Source: Ktedonobacterales bacterium
GTDB taxonomy: Bacteria; Chloroflexota; Ktedonobacteria; Ktedonobacterales; JADMIN01
Length of the DNA: 32,000 nucleotides
Assembly: GCA_036391685.1 (NCBI GenBank)
Contig: DASVZK010000049.1
Span: forward strand, 1-32,000
Direction of reading: 5' to 3'
Part shown: positions 24,024 to 32,000 of the stretch, one piece after another
Layout: each line of letters begins with the position of its first letter
Numbering within the stretch: position 1 is the stretch's first letter
Translations under genes and position numbers: made by a program
Notes under the pieces: generated by a model
Seen by the model: the letters and a program-made list of their open reading frames with translations, nothing else
Database searches by the model: none
Told to the model about the DNA's origin: nothing

Positions 24024-24956
24024 ATGGACGGGCAGCCTGGCAGGTTCGACAAGTTCACCGAGCGCGCGCGCAAGGTCCTGAGTCTGGCGCAGGAAGAGGC
24101 GCTGCGCTTCAATCACAACTACATCGGAACGGAGCATCTGCTGCTCGGCCTGATCCGCGAACAGGATGGCACAGCGGCGAAGGCGCTGAAGAACCTGGGC
24201 GTCGAACTCAACAAAGTGCGCGCCGCGGTCGAGTTCATCATCGGCCGTGGCGACCAGATCGTGCTGGGCGATGTCGGGCTGACCCCGCGCTCACGCAAGG
24301 TCATCGAGCTGGCGGTCGATGAGGCGCGGCGCCTCGGCCACCGCTCCATTGGGACCGAGCACCTATTGCTTGGCATCGTCCGCGAGGGCGTCGCCTCAGG
24401 CGTGCTGGAGTCGCTGGGCGCCAACCTGGAGATGGTGCGCGCCGAGGTTGCGCGCCTGTTGGATATGTCCGTTTCGCCTTCCGATGAATTGCTGAGCTCA
24501 TTATTTCACTCGCCAGACAGGGGAGCATGGTTGAAGGTGGCGGCACAGCCCGAACCGCAACCCTTCGGCGCCCTCACGTTCATCTGCCGCGATGTGGCCG
24601 CCACCGCCGCGTACTACATGGACTATCTGGGCGCGACCGAGCTGGATGATCCTGAGTCTACGCTACGCTACGAAATCGCCGCCGAACGGCTTTTGCGGCT
24701 GCCGTTCCATGCGCCGCTGCTGGCGCTGCGCTCCGCGCCGCAAGGCGCGGACGAAGCGGAGCGGAACGTCATCGGCGCGATCGGGCTGGACTTCTTCACC
24801 AGCGAGGTCGGAGCCATCTGGGTCACGCTTCAGGCGCGCGACGCGCCCGGCGTCTCGCCGCTCACCGCGGTTCCCGGCGCGACGGACCGGCGCATGTTCA
24901 CGCTGACTGATCCCGATGGGCGCAAGCTGCGCATCCACAGCGCAATCAACACGTAG
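24024..24956 (+). CDS. ClpC-type N-domain::VOC/glyoxalase-like fusion protein (paralogue of 22541..23875)
   Basis: ATG at 24024 with GGGAGGCGAGGAA SD. GRFDKFTERARKVLSLAQEEALRFNHNYIGTEHLLLGLIREQDG... is roughly 70% identical by eye to the upstream paralogue across the Clp_N repeats. C-terminus FICRDVAATAAYYMDYLGA...MFTLTDPDGRKLRI. Confidence 0.8.
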   Translation: MDGQPGRFDKFTERARKVLSLAQEEALRFNHNYIGTEHLLLGLIREQDGTAAKALKNLGVELNKVRAAVEFIIGRGDQIVLGDVGLTPRSRKVIELAVDEARRLGHRSIGTEHLLLGIVREGVASGVLESLGANLEMVRAEVARLLDMSVSPSDELLSSLFHSPDRGAWLKVAAQPEPQPFGALTFICRDVAATAAYYMDYLGATELDDPESTLRYEIAAERLLRLPFHAPLLALRSAPQGADEAERNVIGAIGLDFFTSEVGAIWVTLQARDAPGVSPLTAVPGATDRRMFTLTDPDGRKLRIHSAINT

Positions 24957-25254
24957 CGGCGGCGTTGGCGAGAGTGCGCGAAGGTTGGCGGAAACGCATT
25001 GCCCGAACTGACGACTACCTGTGCGCTTGACACGGCGGAGGAGCGCGCGAAATACCCGCTCCGCTATGCCCACGACATCATCTGTGAACCAGCGTGGCAG
25101 GCGATGGCGGAGCTAGTTGGCAGATCGGAACCGCACGCGTCTTCGTCTTCTGGCGCGACGATCACCACCGCGCGATCTACGCGGTGGTGAGGGACGACGG
25201 CGAGGCGCGCTTGTCATGCGCGAGTTTGGCGCGCCGTGACCGGGCGCAGCGGAC

Positions 25255-25452
25255 TCAGGCGGGCAGCGTAGGGTGGCTGGTGTAGCCGTGCAGGGCGTCT
25301 TGGACGGCTGTCTCCTGCGCTTCCGCTTCGCCGTCATGCTCGTGCGCGGCGAAGCGGCAGGTAGCCAGCACCCCCAGGAAGATGGCGGCCCACACAATCA
25401 TCACCGCCAAAGGGAACAAGATGTCGGTCGCCGAGATGTTCCATGCTGTCAT
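25255..25452 (-). CDS. Small (65-aa) single-pass membrane protein
   Basis: ATG at 25452 lies 7 nt after a perfect GAAGGAGG SD that begins immediately at the osmC-like stop. TM segment ILFPLAVMIVWAAIFLGVLA. No homology recognised. Confidence 0.5.
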   Translation of the reverse strand: MTAWNISATDILFPLAVMIVWAAIFLGVLATCRFAAHEHDGEAEAQETAVQDALHGYTSHPTLPA

Positions 25453-25464
25453 GGACAACCTCCT

Positions 25465-25902
25465 TCAACCTTCTCCGGCCTCGCGAATCTCGTAGGTGTG
25501 CGTGACTCGCGCGGTCTTACTCAGGGTCGCGCTCGCTCCACAGTATTTCGTCTCCGATAGCTCAACCGCCCGCGCGACCGACTCAGGTCGCACATGGTGG
25601 CCGGTCACAATGTGGGTGACGGTGACGTTGACAAACACTTTTGGGTGGTCCTCGGCGCGCTCGCCACTCACGCGCACCTCGTAGCCCGTCACATCTTCGC
25701 GCTTCTTGCGCAGAATCGAGATGACATCCAGCGCGGTGCAACCGGAAAGACCTACCAGCAGCAGCTCCATCGGGCGGAATCCTGAGTCTTCCCCGCCATG
25801 GGCCGCCTCCGCATCCATGACCAGGCTGAACCCCGAGCCCGCTTTGCTCTCGAAACGCATGCCGCCGAGCAAATGCGCGTCGGCCGTCATGATTTCGCCC
25901 AT
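25465..25902 (-). CDS. OsmC/Ohr-family protein
   Basis: FRPMELLLVGLSGCTALDVISIL and SETKYCGASATL (the two conserved Cys contexts of the OsmC family). ATG at 25902 with GGAAAGGA SD is preferred over 25971. Confidence 0.85.
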   Translation of the reverse strand: MGEIMTADAHLLGGMRFESKAGSGFSLVMDAEAAHGGEDSGFRPMELLLVGLSGCTALDVISILRKKREDVTGYEVRVSGERAEDHPKVFVNVTVTHIVTGHHVRPESVARAVELSETKYCGASATLSKTARVTHTYEIREAGEG

Positions 25903-26106
25903 ATGACTAGTCCTTTCCGTCAGTTGCCATAAAGAGAACTGTTGAACACCAGTATACACAACCGTCATCACGCCATTGTCACATGGACACGCGCTCGGAT
26001 GCCGCGCGCTCCGGGGCAGCGCATACCATGAGGCGCCGGTCCATCGTCCAGTGATGGCCGGCGCCTCATGGCCCCCGGAAAGCTTCCGTATGTCGCTAGA
26101 CGCACG

Positions 26107-26838
26107 TCACTTGGCGCGGCCCAACTGGAAAAAGCGGAGCGCAATCAGGACCAGCCAGACGAGCGCCGGCAACAGCGACACGAGCGAGAAGACGATGCCT
26201 ACCATGCCAGCGGTGGCTGGAACGAGCCCCAGCGCGCCCATCGCAATGGCGCTATACGCGGCCCACTTGCTGAACTCCGCGCGGCGCAGCATGATTGCGC
26301 CGAAGATCAAGGCCGTGAGCGCCGCCAGCAGATAGCTGACATCAAAGGAGCTGCCCTGCCAGTTGGTGATGACCGCCTGGCCCGCTCCCAGAAGCTGCGC
26401 GCGCTCGGCGACGTCGGTGGTCGCCGCGTACTGGCTGCTGAGCCCATACACGCTGAACGCCGGGTTGATAGCGATGTAGAGTACGACGCTCATCAGACCC
26501 AGCGCCGTGGCCAGGAGCGCCAGCGGCTCGCTACTCCGCCGGAGCGCGCCGAACAGGCCCAGATAGATGATCCCCATCATCACATAGCTGACGAGCATCA
26601 TCAGGTCACCATCGAACAGCCCAATCAGCGGCGCGCTCTGGTAGAGCGCGAACCATCCGGTAATGGAGGTTGGGATGGGGTTCAGCAGAAAGATGGGTAT
26701 TCCCAGCACGATGCAGGCGATCGAGATCAGCGCGGCTACCCCGGCTATGCGGTAGAACAGCCGCCAATCCGAGTCCACCCGGTCAGGACTGGCCGCCGTT
26801 ATGGGCTGGGCGTCGCGGGTGAGCAGAGATGTTCCCAT
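26107..26838 (-). CDS. Multi-pass membrane protein (DUF4386-like)
   Basis: Seven or so hydrophobic segments. ATG at 26838 with AGAGGAG SD. The longer 364-aa form of the ORF overlaps the flavodoxin-like gene in another frame and is Arg-rich, so it is rejected. Confidence 0.7.
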   Translation of the reverse strand: MGTSLLTRDAQPITAASPDRVDSDWRLFYRIAGVAALISIACIVLGIPIFLLNPIPTSITGWFALYQSAPLIGLFDGDLMMLVSYVMMGIIYLGLFGALRRSSEPLALLATALGLMSVVLYIAINPAFSVYGLSSQYAATTDVAERAQLLGAGQAVITNWQGSSFDVSYLLAALTALIFGAIMLRRAEFSKWAAYSAIAMGALGLVPATAGMVGIVFSLVSLLPALVWLVLIALRFFQLGRAK

Positions 26839-26923
26839 TCTTGAGACTCCTCTGGCGCGTCCGGTTCCTCCCCAGTGGCGGGCGCGCTCGCCAGGTCGCC
26901 TCACCGAGGCGGCTTGGCGTAGA

Positions 26924-27433
26924 TTACCGCTCGACGTGAGCGGCTGGCGAGCTATAGTGGCTCGCAAGCACCATCTCAGCCAGCGTCGCGGCCCAGGCTC
27001 TCGCCCGGTCCAGCTCATCGGGGTCGAGCGCATACTGGCCATTGGGCGCATCCTTGACCTTGCTGACCAGGAAGCTCTCCGCTGGGACGATGATGCGCGC
27101 TCCGACTTTGCGCAACCGCCGGATGATGCTGGACGCAGCCGAGCCAGTGAGCCAGCGCGCGCCATGGAGGCGGGTATCGAACGCCGCCGTCGCAGTACCA
27201 TAGAGCGCGCCCCTGCGCAGGCCCTCGAACATGTGGGCTATGGGTGGCGTCATGGTATGCCCCTCTGTGGGGCCGCCGATGACGACCAGATCCACCCGCT
27301 CTACGGGCAGGCGGGAGACCTCGTCGGCGGGCAGGAGTTGTACGTCGCCGCGCTTGTGCAGAGTCTCAGCGATGGCCTCGGCGAGGCGGTGCGTATTGCC
27401 GTAGCGCGACGCGTAGATCACTATGCTTTTCAT
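26924..27433 (-). CDS. Flavodoxin-like domain protein
   Basis: N-terminal MKSIVIYASRYGNTHRLAEAIA (FMN phosphate-binding loop pattern) and VVIGGPTEGH. GAGGAG SD upstream of the ATG at 27433. Confidence 0.8.
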   Translation of the reverse strand: MKSIVIYASRYGNTHRLAEAIAETLHKRGDVQLLPADEVSRLPVERVDLVVIGGPTEGHTMTPPIAHMFEGLRRGALYGTATAAFDTRLHGARWLTGSAASSIIRRLRKVGARIIVPAESFLVSKVKDAPNGQYALDPDELDRARAWAATLAEMVLASHYSSPAAHVER

Positions 27434-27505
27434 ATCATTCGCTCCTCGTATAGCTAGCCCGCGCCCGGCCCTCCCCCGAGCAGGCAAGTCGAATGCGTCC
27501 GCTGG

Positions 27506-27973
27506 TCAGCGGGCATGCGCCAGGGGCGCGGACTCCGGCGCGCGCTCCAGGACTGGTCCCGGCAGCGGTGGCGCCTCTCTGCGCAGTTCGTGTGGTCCGG
27601 CGACGATATACGCCAGCATTGCGCCAAACCCGACGATTGGGAATCCCAGGCTCAAGAGCCCGCTGACCAGCAGGGCGATGAACCAGGCCTTGTCTTCGAG
27701 CCGATAGGTGTTGACGACCGCGCCAACCCACGATGCCAGTTCGGCGACGAGGCCCGCGGCGGCGACGATAAAGCCGACCACCATGAACGCCACAGTCGTC
27801 CAGAAGTAGCTATTGAGCGTGGGCGTGAAGTCGTAGCCAGAACCGGACAGCGCGGGAGTGAAATGGCCACCGTAAGCGAACATCAGCCCCATGCTGACGC
27901 CCCCGATGATCAGCCCCCCCACCAGCGTCGCCAGGCCAGCGAGCCAGAGTCTGGTGATTGTCGTTTTTCTCAT
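27506..27973 (-). CDS. Hypothetical four-TM membrane protein
   Basis: GAAGGAGGAAGG SD upstream of the ATG at 27973 and four clear hydrophobic helices. No family recognised. Confidence 0.6.
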   Translation of the reverse strand: MRKTTITRLWLAGLATLVGGLIIGGVSMGLMFAYGGHFTPALSGSGYDFTPTLNSYFWTTVAFMVVGFIVAAAGLVAELASWVGAVVNTYRLEDKAWFIALLVSGLLSLGFPIVGFGAMLAYIVAGPHELRREAPPLPGPVLERAPESAPLAHAR

Positions 27974-28164
27974 GGGAACCTTCCTCCTTCTTCGCGAATG
28001 GTGTCACTGGATAGTTCCCAACTACCCCTACGCTAGCGCGCCAGCATCACAGCACCATCTCCGTCAGCCCGGCAAATGGCACGCGCTCATCACAGGCTGG
28101 GCCGTGTTTGATGCCATGTGAGGATGGGTCGCTGGATGACCTGGTCGGCAACCGGCGGGCGCGG

Positions 28165-28734
28165 TTATCCTTCGCGCGCCCAGTCGGGGTGGAGCGTGGC
28201 GAACTCTTCGCCGGTCATGCCAAAGAGGATGAGGTCATGGTGGACGCCGGCGGTATAGACCATGCGCCGCAGCGCGCCCTCGCGGGTGAAGCCCAGGCGC
28301 TCGTGCAGGGCGATGCTGGCGGCGTTGTCGTCGTGGACCTCAGCGTTCATCTTCTGGTAGCGTAGCTCGTGAAAGTAATAGCGCGCGACGAGCAGGATCG
28401 CCTCCGACGCATAGCCTTTGCGCCGCCGCTCGGGGATCACGCCGATGCCGTAAGAGAACGCGCCGACGCGCGGGTCGCAGTGGTGGGTGGCGATGGAGCC
28501 GGCAAGCGCCCCGCTCTCGAGTTCCTCGATGGCGAAATGGAACCGGTCGCCTTCACCAGACTGGACAGCGGTCTGTTCAGCCCATGTGCGGGCGCGCGCC
28601 GCCGAATTGGGGAACCAGGCGTGGTCCAGCATGCGCCCGGTCTCGCTATCCTGGTCCCAGATGAAATGCGCTTCCCAGTCGTCGGGCTCCAGCCCACGCA
28701 GGCGCACGAGCCTTCCACGCCAGATGTCCGTCAT
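28165..28734 (-). CDS. GNAT-family N-acetyltransferase (RimJ/RimL-like)
   Basis: LRGLEPDDWEAHF..., acetyl-CoA-binding region GVIPERRRKGYASEA, and NAASIALHERLGFTREG. Confidence 0.85.
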   Translation of the reverse strand: MTDIWRGRLVRLRGLEPDDWEAHFIWDQDSETGRMLDHAWFPNSAARARTWAEQTAVQSGEGDRFHFAIEELESGALAGSIATHHCDPRVGAFSYGIGVIPERRRKGYASEAILLVARYYFHELRYQKMNAEVHDDNAASIALHERLGFTREGALRRMVYTAGVHHDLILFGMTGEEFATLHPDWAREG

Positions 28735-28874
28735 GGCTGAGACGCCTCCTTCTCTGGAGCGGAAGGCGAAACGAGAGACCTTACTCCCCTTCTCCTGAGC
28801 AGGAGAGGGAGGACGCGAACCAGATAGCGAAGCTCGCCCCTCTAAGAGCGTGGGTCACTGGCTCGGCGCAGCGC

Positions 28875-30239
28875 TTATTTGTGGCCGTTGTGGCCGTTGC
28901 CATTGCGCTTCTCAGTCCCGCGGCCGATGCCCTGGTAGCGGAAGCCGAGCCGCGCCATCTCTTCGGGATCGTAGAGGTTGCGCCCGTCAATCAGCGGGGC
29001 ATTGGCCGGGTCGCGCATCGCCAAGCGCAGGCGCTCCATGTCGAGGTCGCGGAAGCGCTTCCACTCCGTGACGACGGCGATAGCGTCCGCGCCGGTCGCC
29101 GCCTCGAACTCGCTGGCGCAGTACGCAATGCCACGCTCGGGCAGTACGGCGCGCGCTGTCTCGGTCGCCTCCGGGTCGAATGCCTGGACCTTCACGCCCA
29201 TCGCCACCAGCCGGGTGATTATGTCGATCGAGGGGGCCTCGCGCATGTCGTCAGTATTGTCCTTGAAGGCCAGACCCAGCACGGCGACGGTCTTGCCCTG
29301 CAGGCTGTCCGCACCGCCCAGTTCCGCCTCCAGTTTCTGGATCACCACGCGCCGTTGGTCGTCGTTGATCTTCATCACCGCGTCGAGCAGCTGCGGGTGC
29401 AGCCCCGCTTCGCCCGCCATGTAGGCCAGCGCCTTTACGTCTTTGGGAAAGCAGGACCCCCCGTAACCGAGGCCGGCGTCGAGGAAGGCGCGGCCGATGC
29501 GCCTGTCGTAGCCCATGCCCGCGGCGACTTCCTTGACATCGGCGCCGAGCTGGTCGCAGATGCGCGAGATTTCATTGATGAACGAGATTTTGGTAGCGAG
29601 GAAAGCGTTGGACGCGTACTTGATCATCTCCGCCGTGTAGAGATCGGTGATGACGATCGGCGCGCGCAGGGGCATGTACAGCTCACCCACCTTGCGGGCG
29701 GCGCCTTGGTCATACGAGCCAAGGACGACCCGATCAGGCTGGAGGAAGTCCTGTACCGCCGAGCCTTCGCGCAGGAACTCGGGGTTGGAGACGACGGCCA
29801 CGCGATGCCGCTCGTCGCTCACGTTCGACATTGCTACGTCATAGACCACGTCGCCGCTTCCCACTGGCATCGTGGACTTGTTGACGATGATCGTTGGGGC
29901 GGTGAGGTGACTGGCGATGCTCGCCGCCGCGCTCTTGACGTAGGTCATGTCCGCGGCGTCGCCGCCAGCGATGGGCGGGGTGTTGACGGCGATGAAGCAG
30001 AAGTCGGCGTCGCGTACGGCGGCGGCGTAATCGGTAGTGAAGCTTAGGCGCTCCTTGCGGACGTTGCGGCGCACCAGCGGCTCCAGGCCCGGCTCGTAGA
30101 TCGGCATCTCTCCGGCGCGCAGACGATTGATCTTCGCCTCGACGACATCCAGACAGACGACGGTATTTCCCAGTTCCGCCAGGCACGCGCCAGTGACCAG
30201 CCCGACGTAGCCTGTGCCGACGACGCAAATCTTCTTCAT
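28875..30239 (-). CDS. ugd: UDP-glucose 6-dehydrogenase
   Basis: N-terminal Rossmann motif MKKICVVGTGYVGLVTGACLA, catalytic-Cys motif GGSCFPKD, and a C-terminal UDP-binding domain. Confidence 0.95.
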   Translation of the reverse strand: MKKICVVGTGYVGLVTGACLAELGNTVVCLDVVEAKINRLRAGEMPIYEPGLEPLVRRNVRKERLSFTTDYAAAVRDADFCFIAVNTPPIAGGDAADMTYVKSAAASIASHLTAPTIIVNKSTMPVGSGDVVYDVAMSNVSDERHRVAVVSNPEFLREGSAVQDFLQPDRVVLGSYDQGAARKVGELYMPLRAPIVITDLYTAEMIKYASNAFLATKISFINEISRICDQLGADVKEVAAGMGYDRRIGRAFLDAGLGYGGSCFPKDVKALAYMAGEAGLHPQLLDAVMKINDDQRRVVIQKLEAELGGADSLQGKTVAVLGLAFKDNTDDMREAPSIDIITRLVAMGVKVQAFDPEATETARAVLPERGIAYCASEFEAATGADAIAVVTEWKRFRDLDMERLRLAMRDPANAPLIDGRNLYDPEEMARLGFRYQGIGRGTEKRNGNGHNGHK

Positions 30240-30470
30240 GTCACTCCTCTGACGCCTGTGACCCTGGATAGTATGTGTGCGCGCTTCCCACGCTCGCAGC
30301 CAAGAGTTGAAAGCGGGCGCGCTTGTTTGTGTTATCTCGCGGCGCCGCGCATCATCGCCAGTGTACCGCCATTGTACAGCGTGGGGCTGTTCCTGGCGCG
30401 CAGGCTAGTACCTCAGTTGCGCGCGGCGCCGGCCGCCATTTGGCTGCTGGCAAGGTGCGGCCGCTGGTGG

Positions 30471-30499
30471 TTGCGCGCGCGGCGCGCGGCGGCGATAAT
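30471..30499 (+). promoter_or_regulatory. Candidate sigma70-type promoter for lgt
   Basis: TTGCGC (30471-30476), 17-nt spacer, GATAAT (30494-30499), about 85 nt upstream of the lgt ATG. Pattern match only. Confidence 0.3.
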
Positions 30500-30585
30500 G
30501 GCGAGAGCGGGCGGCGGCGATGTGTCCCAGTGTGTCTCGTCATGCTGTGGCGTCGCGCGGGCCGTGAAAGGACGTAGCTTCACCC

Positions 30586-31785
30586 ATGCCAATCTTCGTA
30601 GCCGGGGCGCATGCTCCCGCCACGCTGGCCTATATCATCATCAACATTGACCCGGTGCTGATACGCATCGGCGCGCTTGCCGTCCGCTGGTACGGCCTGA
30701 TGTATGTCGTGGCGATCAGCATCGCGCTCTGGGTCATCCTGCGCTGGGCGCGGCACATGGGCCTGCATGATGACCAGGTCTGGAACATATTCGTGTGGGC
30801 GGCGATCGCCGGCCTGGTCGGTGGACGGCTCTACTTTGTCATCCAGCAGCCAGACCTCGTTCGGAACTACCTACTCAACCCGCTGAATATCATCGCGGTC
30901 TGGAATGGCGGCATGGCGTTCTTTGGCGCGATCTTCCTGGCTTCGGCCACACTCTTCCTGGTCGCGCCACGCTACGGGCTGGACCGCTGGCTCATACTGG
31001 ATGGCGGCGCGCTCTTTGGGGCGGTAGGCCAGATCTTCGGGCGTGTCGGCAATGTCATCAACGGCGACATCCTCGGCTACCAGGCCGGCCCGCCAGTCAC
31101 GCCGCCGCAGAACCTCTGCCTCAACGCGCCCTGCGTTAGCTACGTGAGCGACCCGCATGTGCTGGGCTGGGCGTTTGTCTATCTGAACGCGCACAGCTTC
31201 GCTCACACGGGCATTCCCTATCAGCCCGCGCCGGTCTATGAGATGGCGCTCAATCTGGTGGCGCTGGCGGTCCTGTGGCCGCTGCGGCTCGTCACGCCGC
31301 GCGTCAAGACAGGCGTCTTCTTCTCGCTCTATCTCGCGCTCTACGCGGTTAGCCAGTTTGTGGTCTTCTTCTTCCGCGGCACAGAGCCGATTACCCCATT
31401 TCTGGGCATCCAGGGGCTGAAGCAGGCGCAGTGGACGGCGATCTTCACGCTGCTGCTGGCGGGCGTGATCTACTACCTCGCGCGGCGCTACGGTGTCGCG
31501 TGGCCATTTACGGCCTCCAGGCCAGAACCATATCCGCTGCCCGCTGGCGGCATCGCCGCCGCGCTCGCCGCCGCCCCCACCCCGGTGACCGCGCTGGACG
31601 CGGGTAAGGCTGTGCGCGCGGCGCGGATCAGCGCCGAGGCTCCTGTCCCGCCGGAGGATTTGCCGCCCTGGTCGCCGGGCGATTCGCGCTTCGGCGCGCT
31701 GCGCAACCTCTTCTCGTCTGGGCATGGCGCGCCGGCCGCGCCTCCGGAGCGCCCACCGAGCGAGCCCGCCAGTGGCGGGAAATGA
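30586..31785 (+). CDS. lgt: Prolipoprotein diacylglyceryl transferase with a Pro/Ala-rich C-terminal extension
   Basis: DPVLIRIGALAVRWYGLMYVVAI, GGRLYFV, WNGGMAFFGA and the signature GRVGNVINGD. Confidence 0.9.
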   Translation: MPIFVAGAHAPATLAYIIINIDPVLIRIGALAVRWYGLMYVVAISIALWVILRWARHMGLHDDQVWNIFVWAAIAGLVGGRLYFVIQQPDLVRNYLLNPLNIIAVWNGGMAFFGAIFLASATLFLVAPRYGLDRWLILDGGALFGAVGQIFGRVGNVINGDILGYQAGPPVTPPQNLCLNAPCVSYVSDPHVLGWAFVYLNAHSFAHTGIPYQPAPVYEMALNLVALAVLWPLRLVTPRVKTGVFFSLYLALYAVSQFVVFFFRGTEPITPFLGIQGLKQAQWTAIFTLLLAGVIYYLARRYGVAWPFTASRPEPYPLPAGGIAAALAAAPTPVTALDAGKAVRAARISAEAPVPPEDLPPWSPGDSRFGALRNLFSSGHGAPAAPPERPPSEPASGGK

Positions 31786-31834
31786 CGCCCTCCCCAGGCG
31801 GGAGGGGCGGCCGCGGCGCGGGAGGGTAGCGCGC

Positions 31835-32000
31835 ATGTCAGAAAGGCCCGAAGAACTGGAGCCGCCCGGCCCTATCGCGGGCTGCCCATTCTGCGCGCTG
31901 GGTGACCTCGAAACGCCACTAACGGAGACGCGGTCGTTCTGCGTCGTGGGCGACCACGCCCCGCTGGTCAGCGGTCATATTCTCATCATTCCCAAGGCGC
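31835..32000 (+). CDS. HIT-family protein, 5' partial (runs off the right edge)
   Basis: My own translation from the ATG at 31835 (GGGAGGG SD): MSERPEELEPPGPIAGCPFCALGDLETPLTETRSFCVVGDHAPLVSGHILIIPKA. CPFC and GHxLIIPK are typical of HIT proteins. Confidence 0.55.
   Translation, partial: MSERPEELEPPGPIAGCPFCALGDLETPLTETRSFCVVGDHAPLVSGHILIIPKA

Noticed and set aside
25094-25285. 63-aa plus-strand ORF (MAGDGG...VFVFWRDDHHRAIYAVVRDDGEARL...) in the gap after the second Clp_N::VOC gene
   Set aside because: It has moderate GC3 but no SD and no recognisable family, and its 3' end overlaps the convergent small membrane protein gene. Evidence is insufficient to call it.
26839-27201. Long 364-aa form of the DUF4386-like membrane protein ORF
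   Set aside because: Its N-terminal 121 codons overlap the flavodoxin-like gene in a different frame and are Arg-rich. An SD-preceded ATG at 26838 starts right at the hydrophobic protein.

Overview
High-GC bacterial chromosomal window (hand counts of typical 60-nt lines give about 65-72% G+C) with strong GGAGG-type ribosome-binding sites. Gene content suggests a Chloroflexota- or Actinomycetota-like organism, but taxonomy cannot be fixed from the sequence alone. Left third: rsmD, an HTH protein, and a Tat-dependent membrane-bound [NiFe] uptake-hydrogenase operon (small subunit, large subunit, cytochrome b, endopeptidase, hypA, hypC). These are followed by a DMT transporter, an uncharacterised protein with a HypC-like C-terminus, and a DJ-1/PfpI protein. 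Centre, the most unusual locus: a minus-strand rsr gene (Ro60 orthologue, TROVE + vWA) is interrupted in frame by a 395-aa LAGLIDADG intein of visibly lower GC. Starting 14 nt after its stop are about 690 nt of non-coding DNA holding five tandem Y-RNA-like structured RNA units, one of which carries a complete circularly permuted tRNA mimic. To the right: gltB with a structured leader, an ECF sigma / ZAS anti-sigma pair convergent with htrA, and a PadR-led operon with two tandem ClpC-N-domain::VOC fusion paralogues. The rest is ordinary stress and housekeeping genes (osmC-like, DUF4386-like membrane protein, flavodoxin-like, GNAT, ugd, lgt, partial HIT). Rsr/Y-RNA systems are already known; the candidates for novelty here are the intein, the size and layout of the RNA array, and the ClpC-NTD::VOC module. 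Many long ORFs in the six-frame track are GC-driven shadow ORFs and are not reported as genes.
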